The notes under the pieces: model-generated | What the model saw: only the letters and a program-made list of their open reading frames with translations | The model's database searches: none | What the model was told of the DNA's origin: nothing | Position numbers and translations under genes: made by a program | In this document: positions 25,018 to 33,998 of the stretch, piece by piece | How the letters are laid out: the number at the start of each line of letters is the position of its first letter | Numbering within the stretch: the first letter of the stretch is position 1 | Origin: a candidate division WOR-3 bacterium | Lineage (GTDB): Bacteria > Hydrothermota > Tepidihabitantia > B3-TA06 | DNA: 64,000 nucleotides | Direction: 5' to 3' | Assembly (NCBI GenBank): GCA_965649265.1 | Contig: CBFGKC010000006.1 | Span: 114,975 to 178,974, forward strand

Positions 25018-25322
25018 TATTTTTCCTTATCGAATGAGTGCAAATCGAACCACCTCTTTCGTACTCTCCTTCTTACCCCCGGGATAGTATTGAGGGCGTC
25101 ATTGCGTTGTTCACAGGATTACTGATATGGTTTTGCATGCAGAATTGCAAAGAATACTATATTTAAGAAAACACCCGATTTTCAGGCGAAGTTAAAGATA
25201 CAAATCGAAAATCATTACGGCGGCGACAATCATTGCGAATCAACGCTATAATCCCTAATGCACAATTGATGAATTTCCTGTGACTTGATACGGTGGCCTT
25301 CGGCAAAAGCCGAAATCTACTG

Positions 25323-25538
25323 TTATTTCCTTGAAGCTTTGTTCAGTTCTTGCAGAACTTTTTCAGGCTCGGCAATATTGTAGCGGTCCATAAGCTCACC
25401 AACGGTTCCCCAGGCTGGTTCGCCGCAAACAAAGCAAGGCATACCAAACGCTATGAAAACCTCGACCGTTTCAGGATATTTCGAAATCACCTCTTCGATG
25501 ACGGATTCCCTCGAAATCTCAAAGTCTCCTTTATTCAT
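25323..25538 (-). CDS. DUF1858-like small redox/disulfide protein
   Basis: 71 aa. ...VISKYPETVEVFIAFGMPCFVCGEPAWGTVGE... shows the C-x-x-C pattern typical of DUF1858 (hybrid-cluster-protein-associated) domains. Confidence 0.55.
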   Translation of the reverse strand: MNKGDFEISRESVIEEVISKYPETVEVFIAFGMPCFVCGEPAWGTVGELMDRYNIAEPEKVLQELNKASRK

Positions 25539-25578
25539 TATAATCTCCTTAAGTTATGTTAGTTATAATAACAAATAC

Positions 25579-25607
25579 TTGACAATTCGGTGATTCTTTA
25601 GCATAAT
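25579..25607 (+). promoter_or_regulatory. sigma70-type promoter TTGACA-N17-CATAAT
   Basis: TTGACA 25579-25584, CATAAT 25602-25607. GGAGG RBS before GTG 25631. Confidence 0.45.
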
Positions 25608-25630
25608 TATACGGACTATAGGAGGATGCA

Positions 25631-26005
25631 GTGAATTTATCTCGTGCCGAGCGAATACAAGAATTACTCAACGATATCCGCAGGATTGATCCTGATATAG
25701 AAGGTACAGCCGTTGCGACAAATGAAGGCCTTGTCATTGCTTCTTCCCTTAACGAGAATCTTGACGAAGAAAGACTTTCGGCCGTATGTGCAGCAGTAAA
25801 CGAGGCCATTCGCAGGACGGCGGAGGAACTGGATAAAGGCAGGCCAACAGAGGTTCTCATTCATGCCCCGCAAGGCTACATTTTCATCATGAAGGCAGGA
25901 GCGGCTTCGCTTCTTGTTGCCGTCACACGGCGTACGGCGAATGTCGGACTCATCCTGTTGGACATGCGTAAGATAGCACGCGAAGTAACACCTATCCTCG
26001 ACTAA
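25631..26005 (+). CDS. Roadblock/LC7 (MglB-like) domain protein
   Basis: IEGTAVATNEGLVIASSL...ERLSAVCAAV...VLIHAPQGYIFIMKAG...LLVAVT pattern. 124 aa. Confidence 0.6.
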   Translation: MNLSRAERIQELLNDIRRIDPDIEGTAVATNEGLVIASSLNENLDEERLSAVCAAVNEAIRRTAEELDKGRPTEVLIHAPQGYIFIMKAGAASLLVAVTRRTANVGLILLDMRKIAREVTPILD

Positions 26006-26006
26006 A

Positions 26007-26630
26007 TCAATTTCCGCTCGTTCGGAAGTACACCTTGAAATCGCTCCAGTCCTTGGGTGTCTGGAGAGGAGGAAATGTGTCAATTTCTTTTGTATCTGTA
26101 CTGTCAACAGGTAAGTGGGGGAGAAAGATTGTTTCGGCCGCCACGTCTTTCCAATTTGATATATACCAGTAGTTGCCCCGTTTTATAATCTCGAGCTTCA
26201 TTCCACCTGCAAGGGTTTCGTAGCCGTCGATGGCTGTAAGAATCAGGTAGTTTGCGTCAAGGTAGGCCATGGTATCGTTTGCGGAGAAAGAAGTAGTGTC
26301 CATTTGAAGCAGAAGGGGGGGGATCTGTCTGGACGTGGCGAGCTGGTTGAACATCTTCTGGGTGAGCCTTGATTCGGCCGAGTCCTCCCACGGGGTATAC
26401 GCGGTTCCTCTTGTGGAATCCTCGGGGTTGAACTTGAAGCTGAAGGTATCCAGACACAGAAAGAATTTTTCGAAATCAAGCGTGTTGTAGGAATCCACAA
26501 GATTGTGAATGACGGCCATGGAATCAATGGGAGTCAATTCCCTTGCATAGTCGCGGGGGTCAAAAAACTCGCAGCCAGCCGCCAGAAGTACTAAAATAAA
26601 ACCCAAAATCACGCAAAAGAACTTTTTCAC
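26007..26630 (-). CDS. Lipoprotein of unknown function
   Basis: MKKFFCVILGFILVLLAAGC lipobox signal. 207 aa. Confidence 0.6.
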   Translation of the reverse strand: MKKFFCVILGFILVLLAAGCEFFDPRDYARELTPIDSMAVIHNLVDSYNTLDFEKFFLCLDTFSFKFNPEDSTRGTAYTPWEDSAESRLTQKMFNQLATSRQIPPLLLQMDTTSFSANDTMAYLDANYLILTAIDGYETLAGGMKLEIIKRGNYWYISNWKDVAAETIFLPHLPVDSTDTKEIDTFPPLQTPKDWSDFKVYFRTSGN

Positions 26631-26684
26631 GGTAACTCCTTGTTATTCAAATTTCGATTCGTCTGCGGTTCATACGAGGTGAGT

Positions 26685-28460
26685 CTAAAAAGAACCGTAG
26701 ATCGACAAAGAAGCTTCGAGTGGTGCCTCATAGTCGCTTCTGATAAACTTGAAACCGCCGCTTATGGTCAGATACGGCCACGGGTAGTAGTTTGCCTCAA
26801 TGCCTGCAAAATGGCTGGACTGTGTCAGCGCTTGCCCGTCGGAAGGGAATAGCTTTTGTTTGAGTCCCACGAAACCGGTGATTGTCAACCACTGTCTGGA
26901 CCACCAACCGGGTTGATACCATTTTGGAGCCTCCTCTTTTCTCAGGGATATGTAAGAGAGGCTGTAGCGCTGCTCAATCTCGTCGCGAATAGCGCTTTGT
27001 TTGAGGTCGCCGGAAATCATGCGCCAGTTTTCGTATCTCTTCCAACTCACTCTTGCATCAGGTCTCAAGCACTCTTTCGGAAAAAGAGTCAATTCAAAAA
27101 TATCGGACCAGGTTCTATCGGCGCGGTTGTTGGAAGAGTCTGTATAATATTCGGTCCAGTCAAAAGAAAGACTGGCAGAATTCGCAATGGACGAAAAACT
27201 CAGTATATTAAGATCGCAGTCCCATGCAGCCTGGCTTGAACGGCGAAGGTTTGAACTTGCAGCATAGGCCGGTCTTACATAGTGCGTGCGAGTAACAGAA
27301 TGGTTGAGCTTGAAGTTTGTCGTAAAGTCGGTCCAGAGGTTGAGGGAGGTGGAGAGGTTTGCCTTTTCCGTGAACTTGTCATGGTCCAGATTGTTGAGGG
27401 TATCGGGCGTGTCAAAGCGTTCCAAAGAAATGGTGTGGGAGAAATACATGGATCCGGGAGATAGGGGGCGGGCCTCGCTGCCTGTGCTTCTGGCGTAGGA
27501 AGGTCTTCTCGTGAAATTGTGGTTTATTGTGCTGGTGAATGTGTTAAGTGTTTTGTTGTAATCGTAGTAACTTTCACTTTGGTCGTGCAAGGTGTTGTCA
27601 GTAGAGAAAAGAAGGCGCAGGGAAGTATACCGCAAAACCTGGTAAAGCATGGTTGCGTCAAGATTGCGTTCGGTTTCCTTGTAGCTGGAACTCATGAAGG
27701 AATTGTTCACGAGCGTATCGATTGAATAGTTCGCGGAAAAATCAAGTTTAATACGCGGAGATAATGAAAGGGTATCTCTGATCCAGGCAAGAGCGCCCAG
27801 CTCGTCATAATCCGAAAAACCCCTTGCTTCGCGCTTGCCGAATGATGCTCCCGAAAGGAAGCCGCTTTTAAAAAACGGCAGCGATGACAAGGAAATTTCA
27901 AAGGTGTCTCCCTTATCGCTCCAGTTTGAATGAATTTCTCTATTGTGATAAAAACTCAAGGTGCAAGGTGCGGTACGAACCATAAAAAGCGCATAGTCCT
28001 GCATAGTCGTATCGAAAGACCATCCGGCACCCGGTCCGTAAAGAGCGACTCTTTCATTTCCGTAACTGGCTTTGAAGTGTGTATAGAGGAGGTCCTTTGT
28101 GGTTACCGTATTTAAATAAGCGTAGGATGCGTGGCGTTCGTATCCTTCCGTACCGTCGGACTCGGTGGTAAGGGTTTTGGAACCATTAATTCCTGTGGTC
28201 AGGGAAAACCAGTCAACGGGACGATATGTGAGATCGACGACGCCGTAGTTAATCCTGTTAAGATTCTTGGAAAGCGAGTCCCAGTTGGAGGAACTCCACT
28301 GGCTCAGGGATACTCCTAACTGGCTGGAAAGCATGCGCTCAAAGTATGCACTTTCCCAAAACCCTCTGGTCAAGACGGTATTGTATCCGGAACTTTGAAC
28401 TATTACCGTGTCTGCGTTGAAGGCGCTAGGCAATAATATCAATAAGCTTAACATAATCAC
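26685..28460 (-). CDS. Putative outer-membrane beta-barrel protein
   Basis: 591 aa with N-terminal signal-like MLSLLILLPSAFNA. Rich in Tyr/Ser/Thr/Asn with alternating pattern. Terminal ...SLSIYGSF (C-terminal Phe). The start overlaps rsmA by about 30 nt. Confidence 0.5.
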   Translation of the reverse strand: MIMLSLLILLPSAFNADTVIVQSSGYNTVLTRGFWESAYFERMLSSQLGVSLSQWSSSNWDSLSKNLNRINYGVVDLTYRPVDWFSLTTGINGSKTLTTESDGTEGYERHASYAYLNTVTTKDLLYTHFKASYGNERVALYGPGAGWSFDTTMQDYALFMVRTAPCTLSFYHNREIHSNWSDKGDTFEISLSSLPFFKSGFLSGASFGKREARGFSDYDELGALAWIRDTLSLSPRIKLDFSANYSIDTLVNNSFMSSSYKETERNLDATMLYQVLRYTSLRLLFSTDNTLHDQSESYYDYNKTLNTFTSTINHNFTRRPSYARSTGSEARPLSPGSMYFSHTISLERFDTPDTLNNLDHDKFTEKANLSTSLNLWTDFTTNFKLNHSVTRTHYVRPAYAASSNLRRSSQAAWDCDLNILSFSSIANSASLSFDWTEYYTDSSNNRADRTWSDIFELTLFPKECLRPDARVSWKRYENWRMISGDLKQSAIRDEIEQRYSLSYISLRKEEAPKWYQPGWWSRQWLTITGFVGLKQKLFPSDGQALTQSSHFAGIEANYYPWPYLTISGGFKFIRSDYEAPLEASLSIYGSF

Positions 28461-29301
28461 CTGGAGAAAGTTCTTGCGGTCTTACATTTGACAAATGTCC
28501 GGTATTTTCGATAACCATTGCCGGGGAGGGTACACCGATCATTTTCAGGTTATTGGCGAGGGTTTTTCGCCTGTGAGCGAAACACTGCCTGACAAGCCTA
28601 GAGAAGGTTGCGGGGTCGTCGGGCCACAAGGGCTTTTCCAGCGGTTCGACTTTTATCGTTATCGAACGAACCTTGGGCACGGGCGCAAACGCGCGCGGGT
28701 CAATCTCAAAGAGTTTCTGGGTTTTCAGGAAAGCCTGCGCGACCACGGAAAGAGCCGAATAGTCATGAGAACCAAGCTGGGCCGTCAACCGCTCGGCAAA
28801 CTCCGCCTGAACCGTAAGCACGGCTTTCTTCCAGAATTTCCTCCTGTCGAGCAGCCAGAAGAGTATCTCCGCCGACAGGTGATACGGAAGATTTCCCAGT
28901 ACCCCGTCCACACATCCATAGCGATCAATATCAAGTTCTCTGACATCCGAAAGGAAAAGCTCGAGATTCTTGTGGAGGTCGGCAAGAACCCGGAGAGTCG
29001 GGAAGCATGTCTCGTCCACTTCCACCGCTACTATTCTCGATACCCTGTCGACAATCAAGCGGGTCAGCTCGCCGGTTCCCGCACCTATCTCGATTACCGT
29101 ATCTTCTTTTTTTGCGCCAAGACTGTCAACGATTCTTTCACCCACCTCTTTCCATCGCAAGAAGTGCTGACCCAGGCGCTTCTTGGGGTGAACATGGATA
29201 ATACCCCCATCTAATTTACTGCGTAAATTAGATGGGGACCCGCTATCCACGGGCACGGTTCTGGTACTTGAATCTCCGTGCAAGGTTTTCCTCTTACCCA
29301 A
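28426..29301 (-). CDS. rsmA: 16S rRNA (adenine1518/1519-N6)-dimethyltransferase
   Basis: KKRLGQHFL, VIEIGAGTGELT (SAM-binding motif), NLPYH. The N-terminal ~40 aa may be over-extended. Confidence 0.85.
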   Translation of the reverse strand: MGKRKTLHGDSSTRTVPVDSGSPSNLRSKLDGGIIHVHPKKRLGQHFLRWKEVGERIVDSLGAKKEDTVIEIGAGTGELTRLIVDRVSRIVAVEVDETCFPTLRVLADLHKNLELFLSDVRELDIDRYGCVDGVLGNLPYHLSAEILFWLLDRRKFWKKAVLTVQAEFAERLTAQLGSHDYSALSVVAQAFLKTQKLFEIDPRAFAPVPKVRSITIKVEPLEKPLWPDDPATFSRLVRQCFAHRRKTLANNLKMIGVPSPAMVIENTGHLSNVRPQELSPGDYVKLIDIIA

Positions 29302-30046
29302 GGAACAGCTCCTTGCCGTTGCGTTCGGTAAGTGCCGCTATATCCTCAGCAGGTTTGACTAGAATTTCGGCCGCCTTCTCCACAACATATCGGACATATG
29401 CGGGTTCGTTACGTTCCCGGCGATGGGGTTCGGGCGTCAGGTAGGGACAATCGGTCTCCACTAGAAGCCGCTCGAGTGGTGCATTGCCTAGCCAGCGTCG
29501 GGTTCTCAGAGCGTCATAAGTTATGGTTCCGTTCAGACCGAGGTAGAAGCCGAGTTCGACTATTCTGTCCACCTGATTCGAATCGGCGGACACCGAATGG
29601 AACACACCCCAGTAGTAGCCGATTTCCTCTACCGTTCGTATGGTATCGTCCATCGCCTCCCTGGTGTGAATAACTATCGGTAGCTTAACGGACTCGGCGA
29701 GTTCTATCTGCTCGGCAAACACCCGGCGCTGGACGTCGCGCGGGGAGAGGTCCCTGTAGAAATCTAACCCTATTTCTCCAATGGCCTTGACCTTCTCGTG
29801 TCTTGTCAATTCCTCAAGTCTGATTAAATAGTCAGGAGGTGTGTTACGGGAGTCGTGAGGATGATAACCCACGGCAACCCATACCCCGTCGTGTCTTTCC
29901 GCGAAGCCAATGGCATCCTCGCACGATCGCAGGTCCCAGCCCACCTCAAGCATGAGCGTGACACCCTCCCCCCTGGCCCGTTCTAAGACTCTCTCCCTGT
30001 CATTAGCGAAACGTTTGTGGCATATATGGGTGTGGGTATCGAACAT
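29294..30046 (-). CDS. TatD-family metal-dependent hydrolase/DNase
   Basis: MFDTHTHI..., ...IGEIGLDFYR..., ...VIHTREA..., ...FHSVS..., ...ETDCPYL motifs. 250 aa. Confidence 0.85.
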   Translation of the reverse strand: MFDTHTHICHKRFANDRERVLERARGEGVTLMLEVGWDLRSCEDAIGFAERHDGVWVAVGYHPHDSRNTPPDYLIRLEELTRHEKVKAIGEIGLDFYRDLSPRDVQRRVFAEQIELAESVKLPIVIHTREAMDDTIRTVEEIGYYWGVFHSVSADSNQVDRIVELGFYLGLNGTITYDALRTRRWLGNAPLERLLVETDCPYLTPEPHRRERNEPAYVRYVVEKAAEILVKPAEDIAALTERNGKELFLG

Positions 30047-30062
30047 CTTCCCCCTTCATTCC

Positions 30063-30386
30063 TTAAGTCAGTCTTGAACCCGGTTCCGCTTCCTTGTCCA
30101 TCGTTGCAAGGATAATCTTTCCCTCGCTTGTCGCTGCAAGAAGCATTCCCTGCGACTCTATTCCTCTGATTACCGCAGGTTCAAGATTGGCGACCACTAT
30201 AATTTGTTTGTCAAGGAGTTCCTCAGGCGCATAATGCTGGGCTATACCCGCTACAAGCTGACGTTCTTCGATGCCCACGGTGATTTTCAACTTCAGGAGC
30301 TTGTCAGCGCCTTCAACTCGTTCCGCCGCGAGTACTTTTGCGACTCTCAGATCTACCTTCCTGAAATCATCAATGGAGATGGCCAA
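30063..30386 (-). CDS. tRNA-binding domain protein (CsaA/EMAP-like)
   Basis: FRKVDLRVAKVLAAERVEGADKLLKLKITVG...VAGIAQHY...VVANLEPAVIRGIESQGMLLAA. TTG start after AAGGAGGAG. Confidence 0.8.
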   Translation of the reverse strand: MAISIDDFRKVDLRVAKVLAAERVEGADKLLKLKITVGIEERQLVAGIAQHYAPEELLDKQIIVVANLEPAVIRGIESQGMLLAATSEGKIILATMDKEAEPGSRLT

Positions 30387-30414
30387 TTCTCCTCCTTGAA
30401 TTAATTTTTAGTGT

Positions 30415-30442
30415 AGGATACTCATGAGACTCGTTCTGTCAA
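30415..30442 (-). promoter_or_regulatory. sigma70-type promoter TTGACA-N16-TATCCT (minus strand)
   Basis: TTGACA 30442-30437, TATCCT 30420-30415. Confidence 0.4.
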
Positions 30443-30489
30443 CGATATGAATTTTTTCGCGTAAAGAAATTGGCAATAATTGGCCGGTT

Positions 30490-32526
30490 TTAATTAACCA
30501 GGATAATCTTTCTTATGGATATTTCGTCGGTAGTTAATGTTCTTAAGAAGTATACGCCGGTTGAAAGGTTTTGAGGCCAGTGTATTTCCATTTCACCGTT
30601 AATTACTTGCAGTGGAAGGATTTCTTCTATCCTTCTGCCGCCAATATCGTAGAGTTCCATTCTGGCGAGCGTCCGGTAGGGCAGATTGAGTTTGAACGGC
30701 ACGCGGCTGTCCATTACCACGGGAAGGCTAAGGAGCCTGGAAACGGCACTGTCACGGGGCAGTATTTGTTCCTCGATGCTCAGTCTCAAGACCGGTTTGG
30801 CAGCAACAGGCTTGCACCTGCGGAACATTGCATCGATGGTGTTGCTGTCTGCAGCGTAAGATAAAAGAGTAATCTCATCGACGATTCCCTCTACAGAGTG
30901 GAGCTTATTGTTCTGACTGCCGACAAAGAAAGGCCAGTCTTGGTTTTGGTCTTTACCGGGGCGGCCGACCCAGATAGAATCCTGCAATACTGAATTTCGG
31001 TAGAAACGAATTATTTCCCCGTCATATGTAGCCGCCAGAAACATCCAATGATCAAGATTCTCCTGCGGATCCCCGGTCAAACGAAAGAAAGACTTCGATC
31101 GCGATTCGGTTGTGGTCCAGAGCGTGTCGTGCAAGAACGCAAGGTCCTCCGGCAGCAAGGGCTCGGAACAGAACGAAACGAATCCGGCTCTGTAATCTTC
31201 GAAAGCCGCGGCTTTTTCGAGATCGAATTTGATGAGACTTGCGTTGCCCGATTCCCAGACGTACTTACCGTCAAAATCCAGACCCTGAGAAGAGCCGGCG
31301 TTTCTGTATCGTCCTAAAATCTTCGGCTGGCCGGTGGCAAGAGAGGTCTTTTCGTCAACGATGTATGTGTAATGATTGACTCCCCAGGTGGAAATAAGAA
31401 GGCGTGACGTATCACCAAACGGAGCAAAACAGCATGCGGATAAGCTGTCTTGGTTGATAGAGAACGTACCGATGATGTTCGCGGAATGCGTTTCGTATGA
31501 TTTATGATAATCGATCGCGTAAATCATATTGGATTTGAAATCCGAGGCCCACAAGATATCGGATACCGAATCGTATGCCAGTCCTGACGTATGTTTGGCC
31601 TCGGGCGGCATATCGAACCAGCCGGTGCGTGACAGGTCGGCAGGATTGATCCTCCATACTTGAGAGGGTTGATTCGGATCGAGGTCAACGGCAAGAAAAA
31701 GCTCTTCCCCGACCGATGTAAGCCCCTGGGGAATAAATTTTTCTGAAACAAGGGGGCTTCCTACCCTTTCCCAGCCGAATGGAGGCATCATGCACGTAGA
31801 GGTTGTTGCCGCGTGGGATACCGAAAAGCAGAGATTCCCGCTTTGGAGCCAAATTTTGAAAAAATCGCTCACTTCGGCAATGATTCGCTGCGAAGCGGAG
31901 TATGCAAGGTTGCTCGAAGTGTCAAGCTTGAGCCATAAGGCGACTGTAAATGAATCCCTCAACGAATTCACGGGAATATCTGCCATTGCATAAGTACCTT
32001 TAGAAAAACACAAAGCCGAGCCCGATGAAAATGTCAAATCTTCCCTGTTTTGCCATCCTCCGCCGTCCCCTTCCTTCCAGGATGTTCCGTTAAGAGTAAG
32101 ACAACCGTTATGTTCCTCATAGTATGTCGAGTTCCCCAGGCCTTCGTCGCAGTGGAAAACCCAGCCTTGACCCGGGTCGACGGATATTTTTGTAAATACC
32201 GAATCGAAGTTTGGCCCAGTGTTTTCTTCATTTGCATAATATAAATCAAGGAAATCTTCGCCGGGTAAGAGAGTATCCATCTTGAGCCAGATGCTGGTTG
32301 AATTGGTTTGAATAGTATCCTCAATCCAGTACGGGATAAGATTATTATGGTGATAAAAGCGCAGCGAGTACGCCTCCGGATCGAGCTTTCCCTGGTCAAT
32401 TAGGTCGCGGGTATCCAGATTTAAATGAACCTGAACGTCTACAGCCGGGGTATCCGCAGGATTGCTTACTGTAATCTTGCGCTCGTATATATTCGACGCG
32501 AAGAGGTATAAAATCAAAAGCCCCAC
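30490..32526 (-). CDS. Secreted DUF2341/LamG-like protein with T9SS-type C-terminal domain
   Basis: N-terminal ...VQVHLNLDTRDLIDQGKLDPEAYSLRFYHHNNLIPYWIED...TSIWLKMD resembles DUF2341. C-terminus RMELYDIGGRRI...GVYFLRTLTTDEISIRKIILVN. Confidence 0.6.
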   Translation of the reverse strand: MGLLILYLFASNIYERKITVSNPADTPAVDVQVHLNLDTRDLIDQGKLDPEAYSLRFYHHNNLIPYWIEDTIQTNSTSIWLKMDTLLPGEDFLDLYYANEENTGPNFDSVFTKISVDPGQGWVFHCDEGLGNSTYYEEHNGCLTLNGTSWKEGDGGGWQNREDLTFSSGSALCFSKGTYAMADIPVNSLRDSFTVALWLKLDTSSNLAYSASQRIIAEVSDFFKIWLQSGNLCFSVSHAATTSTCMMPPFGWERVGSPLVSEKFIPQGLTSVGEELFLAVDLDPNQPSQVWRINPADLSRTGWFDMPPEAKHTSGLAYDSVSDILWASDFKSNMIYAIDYHKSYETHSANIIGTFSINQDSLSACCFAPFGDTSRLLISTWGVNHYTYIVDEKTSLATGQPKILGRYRNAGSSQGLDFDGKYVWESGNASLIKFDLEKAAAFEDYRAGFVSFCSEPLLPEDLAFLHDTLWTTTESRSKSFFRLTGDPQENLDHWMFLAATYDGEIIRFYRNSVLQDSIWVGRPGKDQNQDWPFFVGSQNNKLHSVEGIVDEITLLSYAADSNTIDAMFRRCKPVAAKPVLRLSIEEQILPRDSAVSRLLSLPVVMDSRVPFKLNLPYRTLARMELYDIGGRRIEEILPLQVINGEMEIHWPQNLSTGVYFLRTLTTDEISIRKIILVN

Positions 32527-32566
32527 GCGCTCCTGCCTTTCTTAGAGTGAGTGGGGCTTTCGAATA

Positions 32567-32929
32567 TCATGAACTCATGAAGTTTTGATAGATAATCCCG
32601 TAGCGCGTCCTGACCGGTTCGTTGGAGCCCATTCTTGCGACCCAGCCGTTCTGAACGACTTGCCAGGTGCCGGGCTTGACGCCCTTTGATTCCACGAACG
32701 CGTTCACGGCCTCGGGGCCCATGATGCTATTCTTGCCCATCAGCGCCGTTATCTCGGCGTACTTATCCAGGGTGATGCCCTCGATAGGCGCCCACATGGG
32801 GTCATTGAAGTCCACCGGCTGCGAAGCCTTCTGCTGATCTTCCGCGGCCTTTGCCTGCATATCCTGGGATTTTTTTATCGCATCGTTGGCGTTCTTCATC
32901 ATGTTGTCGAAATCCTTAAACATGCCCAT
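32567..32929 (-). CDS. Hypothetical protein (120 aa)
   Basis: ORF with AAAGGAGG RBS. No recognisable motif. Confidence 0.5.
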   Translation of the reverse strand: MGMFKDFDNMMKNANDAIKKSQDMQAKAAEDQQKASQPVDFNDPMWAPIEGITLDKYAEITALMGKNSIMGPEAVNAFVESKGVKPGTWQVVQNGWVARMGSNEPVRTRYGIIYQNFMSS

Positions 32930-32960
32930 GGTTCCTCCTTTGGTTTTGGCATACGTTGGC

Positions 32961-32988
32961 AGTATAGACAGCCGGTTAAAGTTGTCAA
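32961..32988 (-). promoter_or_regulatory. sigma70-type promoter TTGACA-N16-TATACT (minus strand)
   Basis: TTGACA 32988-32983, TATACT 32966-32961. An ATG at 32952, 8 nt after the -10, opens a 17-codon ORF overlapping the main start out of frame. Confidence 0.5.
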
Positions 32989-33373
32989 TACGGAATTTTC
33001 CGGGTGTACTTAGGTAGAATAGAGGATGTCCTCCTTATCGAGAGGGGGTACTACCCCTCTTCGTTCTTGGATGAGGCTGCGCTTCAAGGAAGCGCCGGGT
33101 GAGGGTTCCTCACTAACTGGAAGGGGGGAGGGGGAATCACTTTCTTCCTACCTTGGTGGAGGGGGCGGGGCGACCTCGTAGGGGCTTACGTGGATGCTTC
33201 TGCATCCGCTTCGCGTTAGGTGAGCCCGCAAAAAAACGGGCTGACCTGAAGGTCGGCTCCTGCACTTTGCGAGGCTGCGCCCGTTAAAGAATTTGATATT
33301 GCAGAGTAAACCTAATTGCTTTGATAATCCTCGATTATCTTCCCATGATCGAAACAAATGTCACCCCAAGTAA

Positions 33374-33793
33374 TTACTTCGTAATTTCTTGGGGACCCCG
33401 ATTGATGTAATCACGGATGATTGTTGAGTGATCAAACGTAATCTGTTCCGGTAATGTATCCAGCTTAAAGACGCGGGCGAGCTTCGCGTCGTCGCCTTCG
33501 CGTAACACACCCTTGCCGTCGGCGGTGAAGACGACGGATACGGTATGGAAGCGGGGATCGCGCGAGGGTTCGGAGTAGACGTGGAACTGCTCGAGATTGT
33601 CCAAATCGAGTCCGGTCTCCTCCTTCATCTCCCTGCGCACGGCCTGCTCGACCGTCTCGCCTATCTCGACGAACCCGCCCGGCAGCGCCCACCCCGGGGG
33701 AGGGTAGCGTCTCTCGACAAGGATAATCCCGCCTTCGTACCGGATGATGCAGTCAACGGTCAGGTATGGGGTTTTGGGCGGCGACCAGGTCAT
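33374..33793 (-). CDS. NUDIX hydrolase
   Basis: Nudix box GGFVEIGETVEQAVRREMKEETGL (G-x5-E-x7-REUXEEXGU). Confidence 0.85.
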   Translation of the reverse strand: MTWSPPKTPYLTVDCIIRYEGGIILVERRYPPPGWALPGGFVEIGETVEQAVRREMKEETGLDLDNLEQFHVYSEPSRDPRFHTVSVVFTADGKGVLREGDDAKLARVFKLDTLPEQITFDHSTIIRDYINRGPQEITK

Positions 33794-33820
33794 ACGCTGT
33801 CAGTAATGCAACAATCGTTT

Positions 33821-33966
33821 TGTTGCCGCAATGACACGGTCATTGCACTCCACACGGACTTGTTGCCGCAATGACACGGTCATCGCACTCCACACGGACT
33901 TGTTGCCGCAATGACGCGGTTATCGCACTCCACACAGACTTTGTTGCCGCAATGGCGCGGTCATAA
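33821..33966. repeat. 40-bp tandem direct repeat, about 3.6 copies, each with an 8-bp-stem hairpin
   Basis: Unit TGTTGCCGCAATGACACGGTCATTGCACTCCACACGGACT at 33821, 33861 and 33901, with a partial copy at 33942. GCAATGAC-ACG-GTCATTGC hairpin in each unit. No spacers. Confidence 0.9.
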
Positions 33967-33998
33967 TCGATCTGCGTAGTTCTTGAATCAAATAATCC

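Noticed and set aside
25040-25054. tRNA T-loop-like GGTTCGATT (reverse strand)
   Set aside because: The flanking bases do not form a T-stem (GGTGG vs TGCAC), and no acceptor or anticodon arms could be drawn. I found no convincing tRNA anywhere in the window by eye.
33821-33966. Possible CRISPR array
   Set aside because: The 40-bp units are directly abutting with no spacers and only about 3.6 copies, and no cas genes are in the window. This is a tandem repeat, not a CRISPR.
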